Shown piece by piece: positions 21,109 to 29,175 of a stretch of DNA of 64,000 nucleotides. The position numbers were made by a program, and so were the translations under genes. This DNA comes from an uncultured Actinomycetes bacterium (GTDB lineage Bacteria > Actinomycetota > Acidimicrobiia > Acidimicrobiales > RAAP-2). The stretch lies in the NCBI GenBank assembly GCA_903885505.1, contig CAISIU010000033.1:13325-77324 (forward strand), written 5' to 3'. Under the pieces are notes generated by a model. That model was not told where the DNA came from, ran no database searches, and saw only the letters and a program-made list of their open reading frames with translations. Position 1 is the first letter of the stretch. Every line of letters starts with the position of its first letter.

Positions 21109-21517
21109 GGTCCTTTTGGCCCCTATACCTACCCTTTTGAACGCTTTTCTTGAGGTGGCCCGTTTTGGTTAGGTGTTGACACCGAACGATGCCGCCTCGG
21201 TAGTGCGTGAACGTGGTGACTGCAAGAGGTGTGACTGTGCATTGAAACGAATTGCATTCACTACGCCGGCACCCTATGGTACGGATACGAGGAGAAATGT
21301 TCTCTTCCTGAGACGCCAAGTTCGGGTCCGGTGCACCACTCGTGTATCGCCCTTCGGGTTCGACGCCTTCCTACCGTTGGAGGCTGCGTATGTGCCTGGT
21401 TTTTCGTCGTTCGTCGGACCTCGGTGTTCGACGGTCGTTTTTCCTTCCCTGTGTCTGGGCTCGCTCGTGAAGACGAGTGACCGTCCCAGTGGTCAAGATG
21501 CGCGACTTCGTATTGGC

Positions 21518-22636
21518 ATGGTCTCGAGTGCGCTACCGACACGGTGTGGCATCGCCACCTTTAATGAAGCCCTCGGCACCGAACTCGTCCATCTCGGTCA
21601 CCACGTCGGAGTGGTGCGGGTCAAGAAAGGGGTGCGAGACGACAATGGCCCTTCGAGCGCCCTCTTCGAAATAGGACAACTCAACGGACTTGCTCTCGAG
21701 GAGCGTCGTCGCGTGAGCGCAGTACTCAACCGTTGTGACGTGGTCCTTGTTGAGCACGAGTTCGGCATCTACGACGGTCCCGACGGAGTCTCATTGCTGG
21801 CCTTACTCGCCCTGCTCACGGTTCCCGTGGTGGTCGTCTTGCATACCGTGCTCGCTGACCCTTCTCCCCACCAGGCCGAGGTCATGGCGGGCATCATTGA
21901 TGAGGCCGCGGCGATTGTCGTCATGACGGAGGGGGCACGGACGACGCTGGTCAACACCCTTGACCTTGGTGATGCCCTGGTCTCGGTCATTGCCCATGGC
22001 GCGAAGCTTGACCGTCTCGTACGAACGCCCCCTCGGGGCGCACGCCCCCTCATTCTCACCTGGGGGCTGCTCGGGCCAGGCAAAGGAATTGAATGGGCTA
22101 TTGACGCCTTCACTGAACTCGTCGACGTACGACCACTCCCGCTCTATGTCATCGCGGGACAGACACACCCAAACGTGTTTGCACGCGAAGGCGAGGCCTA
22201 CCGTGAGATGTTGCACGAGCGCGTACGCGCCGCCGGACTCGAGTCAATGGTGGTCTTCGATGATCGCTACCGCGACCTCGGATCGTTGCACCAACTCATC
22301 GCCAGTGCCGACGTGGTCATCCTTCCCTATGACACCACCGACCAAGCGACGTCGGGGGTATTGGTTGATGCGGTTGCGGCTGGACGACCCGTGGTCGCGA
22401 CTGACTTTCCGCACGCTCGCGAGTTGCTCGCCGACGGGGCCGGTTTTCTGGTCCGCCAGCGAAACGCCCATGAGATGGCCAACGTGTTGCGACTCCTTCT
22501 CACGAACGAAGCGGTGCGGGTCGAAATGGCCGCGGCCGCTCGTCGCGCGGCGATCCCCCTCGACTGGCGGTCAGTCGCTACGGCCTACGCCACCGTTGCT
22601 CACGAAGTGCTCACCCGAACAAAGGTCCGTACATGA
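21518..22636 (+). CDS. Glycosyltransferase, GT4 (GT-B fold)
   Basis: Similarity begins at MVSSALPTRCGIATFNEALG. C-terminal donor-binding region ILPYDTTDQATSGVLVDAVAAGRPVVATDFPHARELL. The track ORF extends upstream to 21173, but those 115 codons look non-coding (Cys/Arg-rich, no family pattern). GTG 21467 is an alternative start. Confidence 0.8.
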   Translation: MVSSALPTRCGIATFNEALGTELVHLGHHVGVVRVKKGVRDDNGPSSALFEIGQLNGLALEERRRVSAVLNRCDVVLVEHEFGIYDGPDGVSLLALLALLTVPVVVVLHTVLADPSPHQAEVMAGIIDEAAAIVVMTEGARTTLVNTLDLGDALVSVIAHGAKLDRLVRTPPRGARPLILTWGLLGPGKGIEWAIDAFTELVDVRPLPLYVIAGQTHPNVFAREGEAYREMLHERVRAAGLESMVVFDDRYRDLGSLHQLIASADVVILPYDTTDQATSGVLVDAVAAGRPVVATDFPHARELLADGAGFLVRQRNAHEMANVLRLLLTNEAVRVEMAAAARRAAIPLDWRSVATAYATVAHEVLTRTKVRT

Positions 22637-23649
22637 ATCCCTATCCCGCACCAAACTTTGCCCACCTCCTCGCGTTAAGTGGTCCACATGGGACATACGA
22701 ACACGCCGAATATCACGTGCCCCGAGTAGCACATGGCTACTGCGTTGACGACGTGGCACGAGTGCTGGTGGTCGTGATGCGCGAGCCACGACCCGACCAC
22801 CACTTAGTCGCACTGTCACAACTGTCACTTGACTTCCTGGCGCAGGCGCAGACGCCAGTGGGCACGTTTCGGAATCGTCGCAATGCTGACGGGGAGTTCT
22901 GTGCTGAGGCTTTCGGTGACGACAGCTGGGGCCGAGCAATGTGGGCACTGGGAACATGTGCCGCAGCCACCACCTCGTGGCATCAGGCAGAAACGGCGCT
23001 GCAACTCTTCAAACGCGGTGCCTTTGTCACGTCGCACCATCGACGTTCCCTGGCCTTCGCTGCGCTCGGAGCAGTGGAAATCCTCTCAATCAATCCCTCT
23101 GATGTCGCCGCGCACTCGATACTGCATCGGGCCGCCACGGTTGTGCAGGGGGGCAGTCGGTCCGACTGGCCGTGGCGTGAGGCGCGACTGACGTATGCCA
23201 ATGCGGTACTTCCCGAGGCCATGATGATTGCTGGTGACGCCTTGGCCGACGAGGCGCTCGTCAAAAATGGGCTCGAGCAGTTAGCGTGGCTACTCAATCG
23301 TTCAACGGCGAACGGATTTCTCTCCGTGTCGCCCGCGTCCGGCGCTGGCCCCGACGACGACGGCCATCAATTCGATCAGCAGCCCATTGAGGTTGCGGCG
23401 ATCGCTGACGCCTGCAGTCGAGCGCACCAGCTCACGGGCCAGCACGATTGGCTCGACGGCGTCCGGGTAGCGGCCGATTGGTTTATGGGGGTGAATGACG
23501 GCGGCGTCATGATGTACGACCCCACCACCGGCGGAGGGTTCGATGGACTGACCCCTGAGGGCCCCAACCGTAATCAGGGGGCTGAATCAACGCTGAGTTT
23601 CCTTTCCACCATGCAGCAGGCACGCCACTATCTAGTCGCTACCTCGTGA
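22633..23649 (+). CDS. Conserved hypothetical, probably (alpha/alpha)6-barrel glycoside-hydrolase-like
   Basis: 338 aa, helix-rich with repeated aromatic/acidic loops (DDSWGRAMWALG, YANAVLPEAMM, NQGAESTLSFL). ATGA overlap with the GT4 gene. The fold assignment is from pattern memory only. Confidence 0.4.
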   Translation: MNPYPAPNFAHLLALSGPHGTYEHAEYHVPRVAHGYCVDDVARVLVVVMREPRPDHHLVALSQLSLDFLAQAQTPVGTFRNRRNADGEFCAEAFGDDSWGRAMWALGTCAAATTSWHQAETALQLFKRGAFVTSHHRRSLAFAALGAVEILSINPSDVAAHSILHRAATVVQGGSRSDWPWREARLTYANAVLPEAMMIAGDALADEALVKNGLEQLAWLLNRSTANGFLSVSPASGAGPDDDGHQFDQQPIEVAAIADACSRAHQLTGQHDWLDGVRVAADWFMGVNDGGVMMYDPTTGGGFDGLTPEGPNRNQGAESTLSFLSTMQQARHYLVATS

Positions 23650-25127
23650 GAGAGATGGGCTTGGCGCACCGAGCGCCCTTGCGACTACGGGCCGACACCT
23701 CACGAGTTATTGCCTGCCTGTTCATACCCGGTCAGGAGCTTGTGGGGGGTAGCGAATCGCGGGGTTCGGTCGCCATCGAACGGGTGATGGCCCTCGAGGA
23801 GGACGAGGTCACCGAGGTGCTCGCTGAATTGATGAGTCGTTTTGGCAACCGTCATCGAGACCTTGACGAGGTCTTTAGCGCCCACGCTGCACGCTTAACG
23901 GGGCTCGTCAAGACCCCGATGACGGACAACCAACGACAGCTCCTCGGTGCCGTTTTTACTAACGAGTACGCCTTGGAGGGAGCGGCTATCTGTAACCCCA
24001 GCATCGTGGCTGCACCCGATCAGCAAAGTGCGGCTCCGGGGGAACTCAACGTCGTGATGAGTTATCGCTGTATTGGCGAAGGACACCTGTCGTCCATCAA
24101 TTTTCGATCCGGCACTATCGACGCAGTGGGAGTGCTCACGATTGACGATGCGGCACGCTTTCCGGAGACGGCCCAGATTTCAGATGGCATGCTCGAGTGT
24201 GACGTCTTCCACGGTCGACTTCGCGACCTCGGACTTGACGGCGAAACGGCAGCGTACGTGCTTGATGACTTGCCGCCGACCTTTAGCAGGAGCGAGCTTG
24301 AAGCGGGTATTGCCCACCTCACGACCGAAAGTGACATTCGTTTGAATGTGGCCGACACGACGGCCCGACTACGACTGTTTGCCGACAACTTTTATGTTGC
24401 CACGTTCGCTTCGGATCTGTCGATTTCCCAGCGTGTCCTGTGGCCGGCTACGGCGAGGGAACGCAATGGTATGGAGGATGCTCGATTTGTTGAGATGCGC
24501 GAGCCGGGCCAGCCCCGGTACGTAGCCACCTACACGGCCTTTGATGGCCTGAGTGTCTCGCAGCAGCTCCTGGCCACGAATGATTTTCGGGTCTTTACTT
24601 CCACGCCACTAGTGGGGCTCGGGGCCATGAATAAGGGAATGGCGCTCTTCCCGCGCAAAATCAACGGTCAGTTCGTGGCGTTGTCGCGACACGACCGCGA
24701 ATCGAACGCCATTGCTTTTTCACACAATCTCCACCAATGGGAATCGGTGGAACGAGTCCAGCTGCCCTCGAAGAGTTGGGAGTTAATCCAAATTGGTAAC
24801 TGTGGATCACCACTAGAGCTCGATCAAGGTTGGCTCGTCATCACCCACGGCACCGGACCGATGCGCAGTTATGGACTCGGCGCCATGCTGCTCGATCTTG
24901 ATGATCCCCGTCGCATCCTGGCCGAATTGCCACGGCCACTTCTCTTCCCCAACGAGAGCGAACGCGATGGGTACGTACCTAACGTCGTCTATTCGTGCGG
25001 CTCACTGCTGCGCGACCGCACCCTCTACGTGCCCTACGGTATGGCCGATCAGGCCATCAGTTACTTCACGGTGAACATAGACGAGTTGATAGCGGCGATG
25101 GGACCTTTGGCAACATCCGAAGGTTGA
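23646..25127 (+). CDS. GH130-family glycoside phosphorylase/hydrolase with N-terminal extension
   Basis: The C-terminal 300 aa carry GH130/DUF377-type beta-propeller motifs (NGMEDARFV, YTAFDG, NKGMALFPRKINGQF, WLVITHG, GAMLLDLDDP, GYVPNVVYSCG). GTGA overlap with the preceding gene; ATG 23655 is an alternative start. Confidence 0.7.
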   Translation: MREMGLAHRAPLRLRADTSRVIACLFIPGQELVGGSESRGSVAIERVMALEEDEVTEVLAELMSRFGNRHRDLDEVFSAHAARLTGLVKTPMTDNQRQLLGAVFTNEYALEGAAICNPSIVAAPDQQSAAPGELNVVMSYRCIGEGHLSSINFRSGTIDAVGVLTIDDAARFPETAQISDGMLECDVFHGRLRDLGLDGETAAYVLDDLPPTFSRSELEAGIAHLTTESDIRLNVADTTARLRLFADNFYVATFASDLSISQRVLWPATARERNGMEDARFVEMREPGQPRYVATYTAFDGLSVSQQLLATNDFRVFTSTPLVGLGAMNKGMALFPRKINGQFVALSRHDRESNAIAFSHNLHQWESVERVQLPSKSWELIQIGNCGSPLELDQGWLVITHGTGPMRSYGLGAMLLDLDDPRRILAELPRPLLFPNESERDGYVPNVVYSCGSLLRDRTLYVPYGMADQAISYFTVNIDELIAAMGPLATSEG

Positions 25128-25214
25128 GTCAGGAGCCCTGGCCGAGTTACAAAGAAGCTAATGAATTCGTTTGAAAACAAAGTGTCGTGGCGGTGTAGTT
25201 TCGTCGAGTCCCGA

Positions 25215-25230
25215 GGGTCCAAATGGACCC
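25215..25230. terminator. Short hairpin between the GH130 gene and tRNA-Leu
   Basis: GGGTCC-AAAT-GGACCC, a perfect 6-bp stem lying just 3' of both convergent genes. No clear U-tract. Confidence 0.35.
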
Positions 25231-25234
25231 CAGA

Positions 25235-25320
25235 TGGTGGGCGAGGCGGGACTTGAACCCGCACTCCCTTTCGAGAACTAGCACCTGAAGCTAGCGTGTC
25301 TGCCATTTCACCACTCGCCC
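25235..25320 (-). tRNA. tRNA-Leu (anticodon CAG), CCA encoded
   Basis: Reverse strand reads GGGCGAG-TG-GTGAAATGGCAGACAC-G-CTAGC-TTCAGGT-GCTAG-TTCTCGAAAGGGAGT-GCGGG-TTCAAGT-CCCGC-CTCGCCC-A-CCA. Seven-bp acceptor stem, long variable arm (type II) and anticodon loop TTCAGGT. Confidence 0.92.
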
Positions 25321-25394
25321 GAATGGACTTCTCAGTCTAGACCATTCACCCGCGGTCCAAATTGGCGTGGTTGCGCCGATACGATGGGAACGTT

Positions 25395-26042
25395 ATGGCC
25401 CTGCGCGACATTGAGAGTCGACTCGAAAGTATTTTCAACAGGGGCTTGTCACGCCCTTTTCGTGGCTCACTGCAGCCCATTGAAATTGCCCAGAAAATCA
25501 TTCGTGAAATTGACCTGAACCGCCGGGTGACCTCTCAGGGCCTGATTTCTCCTAACAAGGTCAAGGTCTGGCTCTCGGCTGCTGACGGCGAGCGCTTCGA
25601 AGGATTTCAAGGTGCTTTGGTTGATGAGCTCGCGGAAGCGGTGCGGCAACACGCGTTGACGGAGAGCTACAACTTCGCCGGACCGGTTTCCGTCCAGATC
25701 TTCGTGGACGATGAGCTTTCGAGTGGCGACCTCGAGGTTCGCACCAGCTTTGTTCGTGGTGAAAGCCAGCCCCGCTTGGTGGCGGAGGACGGGCAATCGT
25801 GGACTATCGGCGCGAGCCCCCTCATCGTGGGTCGGACCGCGGAAGCTGACGTCACCGTGCCGGACACGTTGGTGTCGCGTCGTCACGCCGAAATCTGGCG
25901 CCTCGCCAAAGGTGTGGCCATCAAGGATTTGGGTTCCACCAACGGCACCTTCGTGAATGGTCACCGCATCACGGCCGTGTCACTGTCGCCACGCGATGAG
26001 ATCCAAGTGGGTCCGACGCGTTTTCGGATTGAGCTCGTCTAA
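25395..26042 (+). CDS. fhaA: FhaA-like protein (DUF3662 N-domain plus C-terminal FHA domain)
   Basis: N-terminus MALRDIESRLESIFNRGLSRPFRGSLQPIEIAQKI is the DUF3662 pattern. FHA core is GRTAEADVTVPDTLVSRRHAEI...LGSTNGTFVNG. ATG 25395 is preferred over the track start 25362. Confidence 0.75.
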   Translation: MALRDIESRLESIFNRGLSRPFRGSLQPIEIAQKIIREIDLNRRVTSQGLISPNKVKVWLSAADGERFEGFQGALVDELAEAVRQHALTESYNFAGPVSVQIFVDDELSSGDLEVRTSFVRGESQPRLVAEDGQSWTIGASPLIVGRTAEADVTVPDTLVSRRHAEIWRLAKGVAIKDLGSTNGTFVNGHRITAVSLSPRDEIQVGPTRFRIELV

Positions 26043-26047
26043 ACACC

Positions 26048-26488
26048 ATGATTGCCTCCACGTTCACGGGAGTGGTGCGACCGCTACAAATCCTGATTCT
26101 CTGCTTAGGAGCGATCCTCTTTATTTGGATGGCCCGCGCCATGGTGATTGAAACGCGCCCTGACGGTGATCCCCTCCTTCGTCGCCCCGCTCGTTCCTCC
26201 TGGCTGGAACTTGAAATTCTCGAACCCGCGGAATACGAGGGTCAACGCCTGGACGTAGAAACCTCATTAGTCGTCGGTCGTTCGAGCGACGCGGATCAAC
26301 AATTGCGCGACACCTTTATCTCGGGTCGCCACGCTCGCTTCACCCGCGATGAGAACGAATTACTTCTTGAAGACCTGGGTTCCACCAATGGCACGTACGT
26401 CAACCAAGAACTGGTGAAGGGTCGCGTGCAGCTACAGCGTGGCGACATCATCCAAATTGGCGGCATCTTGATCGAGGTTGTGAAGTGA
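26048..26488 (+). CDS. fhaB: FhaB/FipA-like membrane-anchored FHA-domain protein
   Basis: N-terminal TM (LQILILCLGAILFIWMA) plus FHA core GRSSDADQQLRDTFISGRHARF...LGSTNGTYVN. Confidence 0.7.
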   Translation: MIASTFTGVVRPLQILILCLGAILFIWMARAMVIETRPDGDPLLRRPARSSWLELEILEPAEYEGQRLDVETSLVVGRSSDADQQLRDTFISGRHARFTRDENELLLEDLGSTNGTYVNQELVKGRVQLQRGDIIQIGGILIEVVK

Positions 26489-27630
26489 GTGGTTGGTCGC
26501 TGGCATCGGCGACCGATGTGGGCCGAGTTCGCAGCGCGAATGAGGACTCACTCGGCACGAAGGGCAACCTGGCCGTCGTTGCCGACGGAATGGGTGGCCA
26601 CGCGGCGGGTGAAGTTGCTTCAGGCATTGCCGTTGCCACCTTCCTTGAGAGCGCGTCCACCGCGACCACCCTTGATGAACTCACTGATGCGGTGCGAGCC
26701 GCGAACTTGGCCATTCTTGACAATGTGGCCGAGAACCCCGATCGCTGGGGCATGGGGACCACCTTGGTCGCTACCGCCCTGATTCCTCATGCGGAGGGTG
26801 TTGCATTGGCCTACGTGCACGTGGGCGATTCGCGCATTTACCTCATTCGTGATGGAGCCATTCGTCAGGTCACCGACGATCACTCCGTGGCTGACGAATT
26901 GGTGCGCCTTGGTCGATTGACGCCCGAGGAAGCAGCGGTGGACCCCCGTCGTCACCAACTCACTCGGGCACTCGGCACCGAGCGCGACGTCGCTATCGAT
27001 AGCGGACTTCTCAACGCTCAGCCCGGCGACTTTCTGATTTTGTGTTCCGACGGGCTATCTAATGAAGTCAGCGATCACGACATGATCGACATTGTCGAGA
27101 GCTCAGCTGACCTCGCTCTCGCGACTGCGCGTCTTATCGATCACGCCAATTCCGCGGGTGGCCGCGACAACATTTCAGTGGTGATTGCACGCATCACTGA
27201 ACAGCTGGTCAGTGTGGAGGAGAAACCTCGCCTTCCGGTGGAACCGGTGGCGCCGACCTTCGCCCCGAGTGCAACGTCGGGATTAACTTCTCGGCGCACC
27301 GTTCGCCGACGTTGGCCCGTGATCGCGGTGGTGGCGCTCGTTCTCGCACTCGTTGTTGGGGGCGGCTATCAAATTCTGAATTGGTGGTACTACTCGTCGT
27401 ATTACTTGACGCTGACATCACAAGGCGTGACCTTGTATCAGGGTCAAACCACATCGGTGCTCTGGTTCCAGGCAAATGAGATCTTGGCGGAACCCTCACT
27501 GACGGCGGCGAACCTCCGACCGGCCGACATCGCGTCACTGAACGCCAAGATGGTGGAGCCCACGTCAGCGGCGGCCATTTCACAGATCCATTACTTCAAG
27601 ACTTACGCCCTTATTCCGGGTCAGGGCTAG
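26485..27630 (+). CDS. pstP: PP2C-family Ser/Thr phosphatase with C-terminal TM and extracellular tail
   Basis: PP2C motifs RSANEDS, VADGMGGHAAGEVAS, HVGDSR, LCSDGLS and GGRDNISV. TM segment WPVIAVVALVLALVVGGGY. 4-nt overlap with fhaB. Confidence 0.85.
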   Translation: MSGWSLASATDVGRVRSANEDSLGTKGNLAVVADGMGGHAAGEVASGIAVATFLESASTATTLDELTDAVRAANLAILDNVAENPDRWGMGTTLVATALIPHAEGVALAYVHVGDSRIYLIRDGAIRQVTDDHSVADELVRLGRLTPEEAAVDPRRHQLTRALGTERDVAIDSGLLNAQPGDFLILCSDGLSNEVSDHDMIDIVESSADLALATARLIDHANSAGGRDNISVVIARITEQLVSVEEKPRLPVEPVAPTFAPSATSGLTSRRTVRRRWPVIAVVALVLALVVGGGYQILNWWYYSSYYLTLTSQGVTLYQGQTTSVLWFQANEILAEPSLTAANLRPADIASLNAKMVEPTSAAAISQIHYFKTYALIPGQG

Positions 27631-27633
27631 GCC

Positions 27634-29136
27634 ATGTCTCGCCGCATTGCCTGGATTGGCGTGGTTTTTTTGGGACTCATCGCGCTCGTCGTGGGACAAG
27701 CGGCCAACCTGACCTTCTTTCACGCGACCACGCTCAATGAATCGGGATACAACCCGCGCATTAACCAGTCCGGTCTCACCTACGCCCGCGGTGACATCTT
27801 GGCGGCCGATGGCACGGTGCTGGCTCAATCTGTTCCGTCGACGTCCTCGACCTACCCCTGGAAGCGCCTCTACCCCCTAGGCGCCCTCACGGCGGGAGTG
27901 GTGGGCTTTGCCTCGCCGTATTACGGCACGTGGGCGCTCGAACAGGAGTACAACTCGATCTTGTCCGCGCACAGCCAGCCCGCCCAGTCGTGGAGTCAGT
28001 TAATTAATCCCACCCAGGCCGCGAGCAAACTGGTGACCACCATTCAGCCCGCGCTGCAGCGCATTGCGCAAAATGCGCTGGGGGGCCGAGATGGCGCGGC
28101 GGTGGTGCTGGACCCTCGTAGTGGCGCGGTGCTGGCGATGTATTCCAATCCCAGCTACGACCCCAGCGGAATGACCAATATTTCTCAGACCGCCCAAGCC
28201 GCGACCTGGAAGGCCATCACGACGAACAACGGTCACGGCTTCCCGCCGCTCGGCAATGTTGCCGTGCAGCAGACCTTCCCCCCGGGTTCCACCATGAAGG
28301 TGGTGACCACCGCGGCGGCCCTCCTGACGAAGCCGGAACTGCTGCAAAAGTCCTACCCGGTGGTTATCGCCACCCATCTACCCACCACGAACAACTTGCT
28401 CTACAACTCGGGTCACACCCCCTGCGGTGGCACGGTGGTGGCGATGTTGCCCGCGTCGTGTGACCCGGGCTACGCCTTGCTGGGTCTTGATGTCGGGGCC
28501 GATGGCATGTCGAACACCGCGACGGCCTTTGGATACAACCAGCGCCCGCCGCTCGATCTCCCCAGCGTCACGCCGGCCTACTTCCCCCCGTCATCCGCCT
28601 TCCAATACGACCTTCCCGGCTTGGCCTTTTCATCCATCGGCCAGCAAAACGTTCGAGCCACCGCGCTGGAAAATGCCCTGGTCGCCGCCGGTATCGCCAA
28701 TGGCGGCGTCATTATGGCGCCTCATTTCATGAGTGAGATTCTGAACGCGGATGGGTCCATCGCCAAGTCGTATCACGCGCACGGTTGGCTGAAGCCCCTC
28801 ACGTCACTGCAAGCCGCCGAGCTCGTTCCCCTCATGCGCGGCGTGGTCACGCACGGCACCGCCTCGGGCGTGGGCTTTTTGTATCAGAACCAGGTGGCCG
28901 CTAAGACCGGTACTGCCCAGACCGGTAACAGTCACAACAACACCGACGACTGGATGATTGCCTTCGCCCCCGCGAATCACCCCACGGTCGCGATCGCGGT
29001 TGTGGTTCCCTTCCAGTCCATTGACTACACCGGCGCCCTGGTGGCCGGTCCCATCGTGAAGTGTCTCATCGAAGGCACCCTCGCGATCCAGGCGGGACTC
29101 GCGCCGACGGGGACCTCCACCACCTGTCCGCGCTGA
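27634..29136 (+). CDS. pbpA: Class B penicillin-binding protein (transpeptidase)
   Basis: N-terminal signal anchor, active-site SxxK (PGSTMKVV) and KTG motif (AAKTGTAQ). Starts 3 nt after the pstP stop. Confidence 0.8.
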   Translation: MSRRIAWIGVVFLGLIALVVGQAANLTFFHATTLNESGYNPRINQSGLTYARGDILAADGTVLAQSVPSTSSTYPWKRLYPLGALTAGVVGFASPYYGTWALEQEYNSILSAHSQPAQSWSQLINPTQAASKLVTTIQPALQRIAQNALGGRDGAAVVLDPRSGAVLAMYSNPSYDPSGMTNISQTAQAATWKAITTNNGHGFPPLGNVAVQQTFPPGSTMKVVTTAAALLTKPELLQKSYPVVIATHLPTTNNLLYNSGHTPCGGTVVAMLPASCDPGYALLGLDVGADGMSNTATAFGYNQRPPLDLPSVTPAYFPPSSAFQYDLPGLAFSSIGQQNVRATALENALVAAGIANGGVIMAPHFMSEILNADGSIAKSYHAHGWLKPLTSLQAAELVPLMRGVVTHGTASGVGFLYQNQVAAKTGTAQTGNSHNNTDDWMIAFAPANHPTVAIAVVVPFQSIDYTGALVAGPIVKCLIEGTLAIQAGLAPTGTSTTCPR

Positions 29137-29175
29137 CGGCGAGACGTCACCTCTACCCCCTAGTCTTACGGGGGT

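Noticed and set aside
21076-21500. Possible tmRNA (ssrA) on the minus strand, because the segment ends in ...CTCGCCCACCA and is about 400 nt of non-coding sequence.
   Set aside because: The acceptor 3' strand CTCGCCC gives G3:C70, not the G3:U70 alanine identity pair required of tmRNA. No intact T-arm (GGTTCGAnTCC) precedes it. I found no matching 5' GGGG...TTCGAC partner on the same strand and no tag-peptide reading frame. The end is identical to the tRNA-Leu 3' end, so a tRNA-derived repeat explains it better.
21065-21517. Track ORFs 21065-21319 (minus strand, 84 aa) and the 5' 115 codons of 21173-22636 (plus strand) as real coding sequence.
   Set aside because: Both are Cys/Arg-rich with no recognisable family pattern and no RBS, and they overlap each other. 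GT4 similarity starts only at ATG 21518.
25061-25306. The 81-aa minus-strand ORF, and likewise ORFs 38386-38571 and 38423-38605.
   Set aside because: They run through the tRNA-Leu and tRNA-Ala genes respectively. The tRNA cloverleaves are unambiguous.
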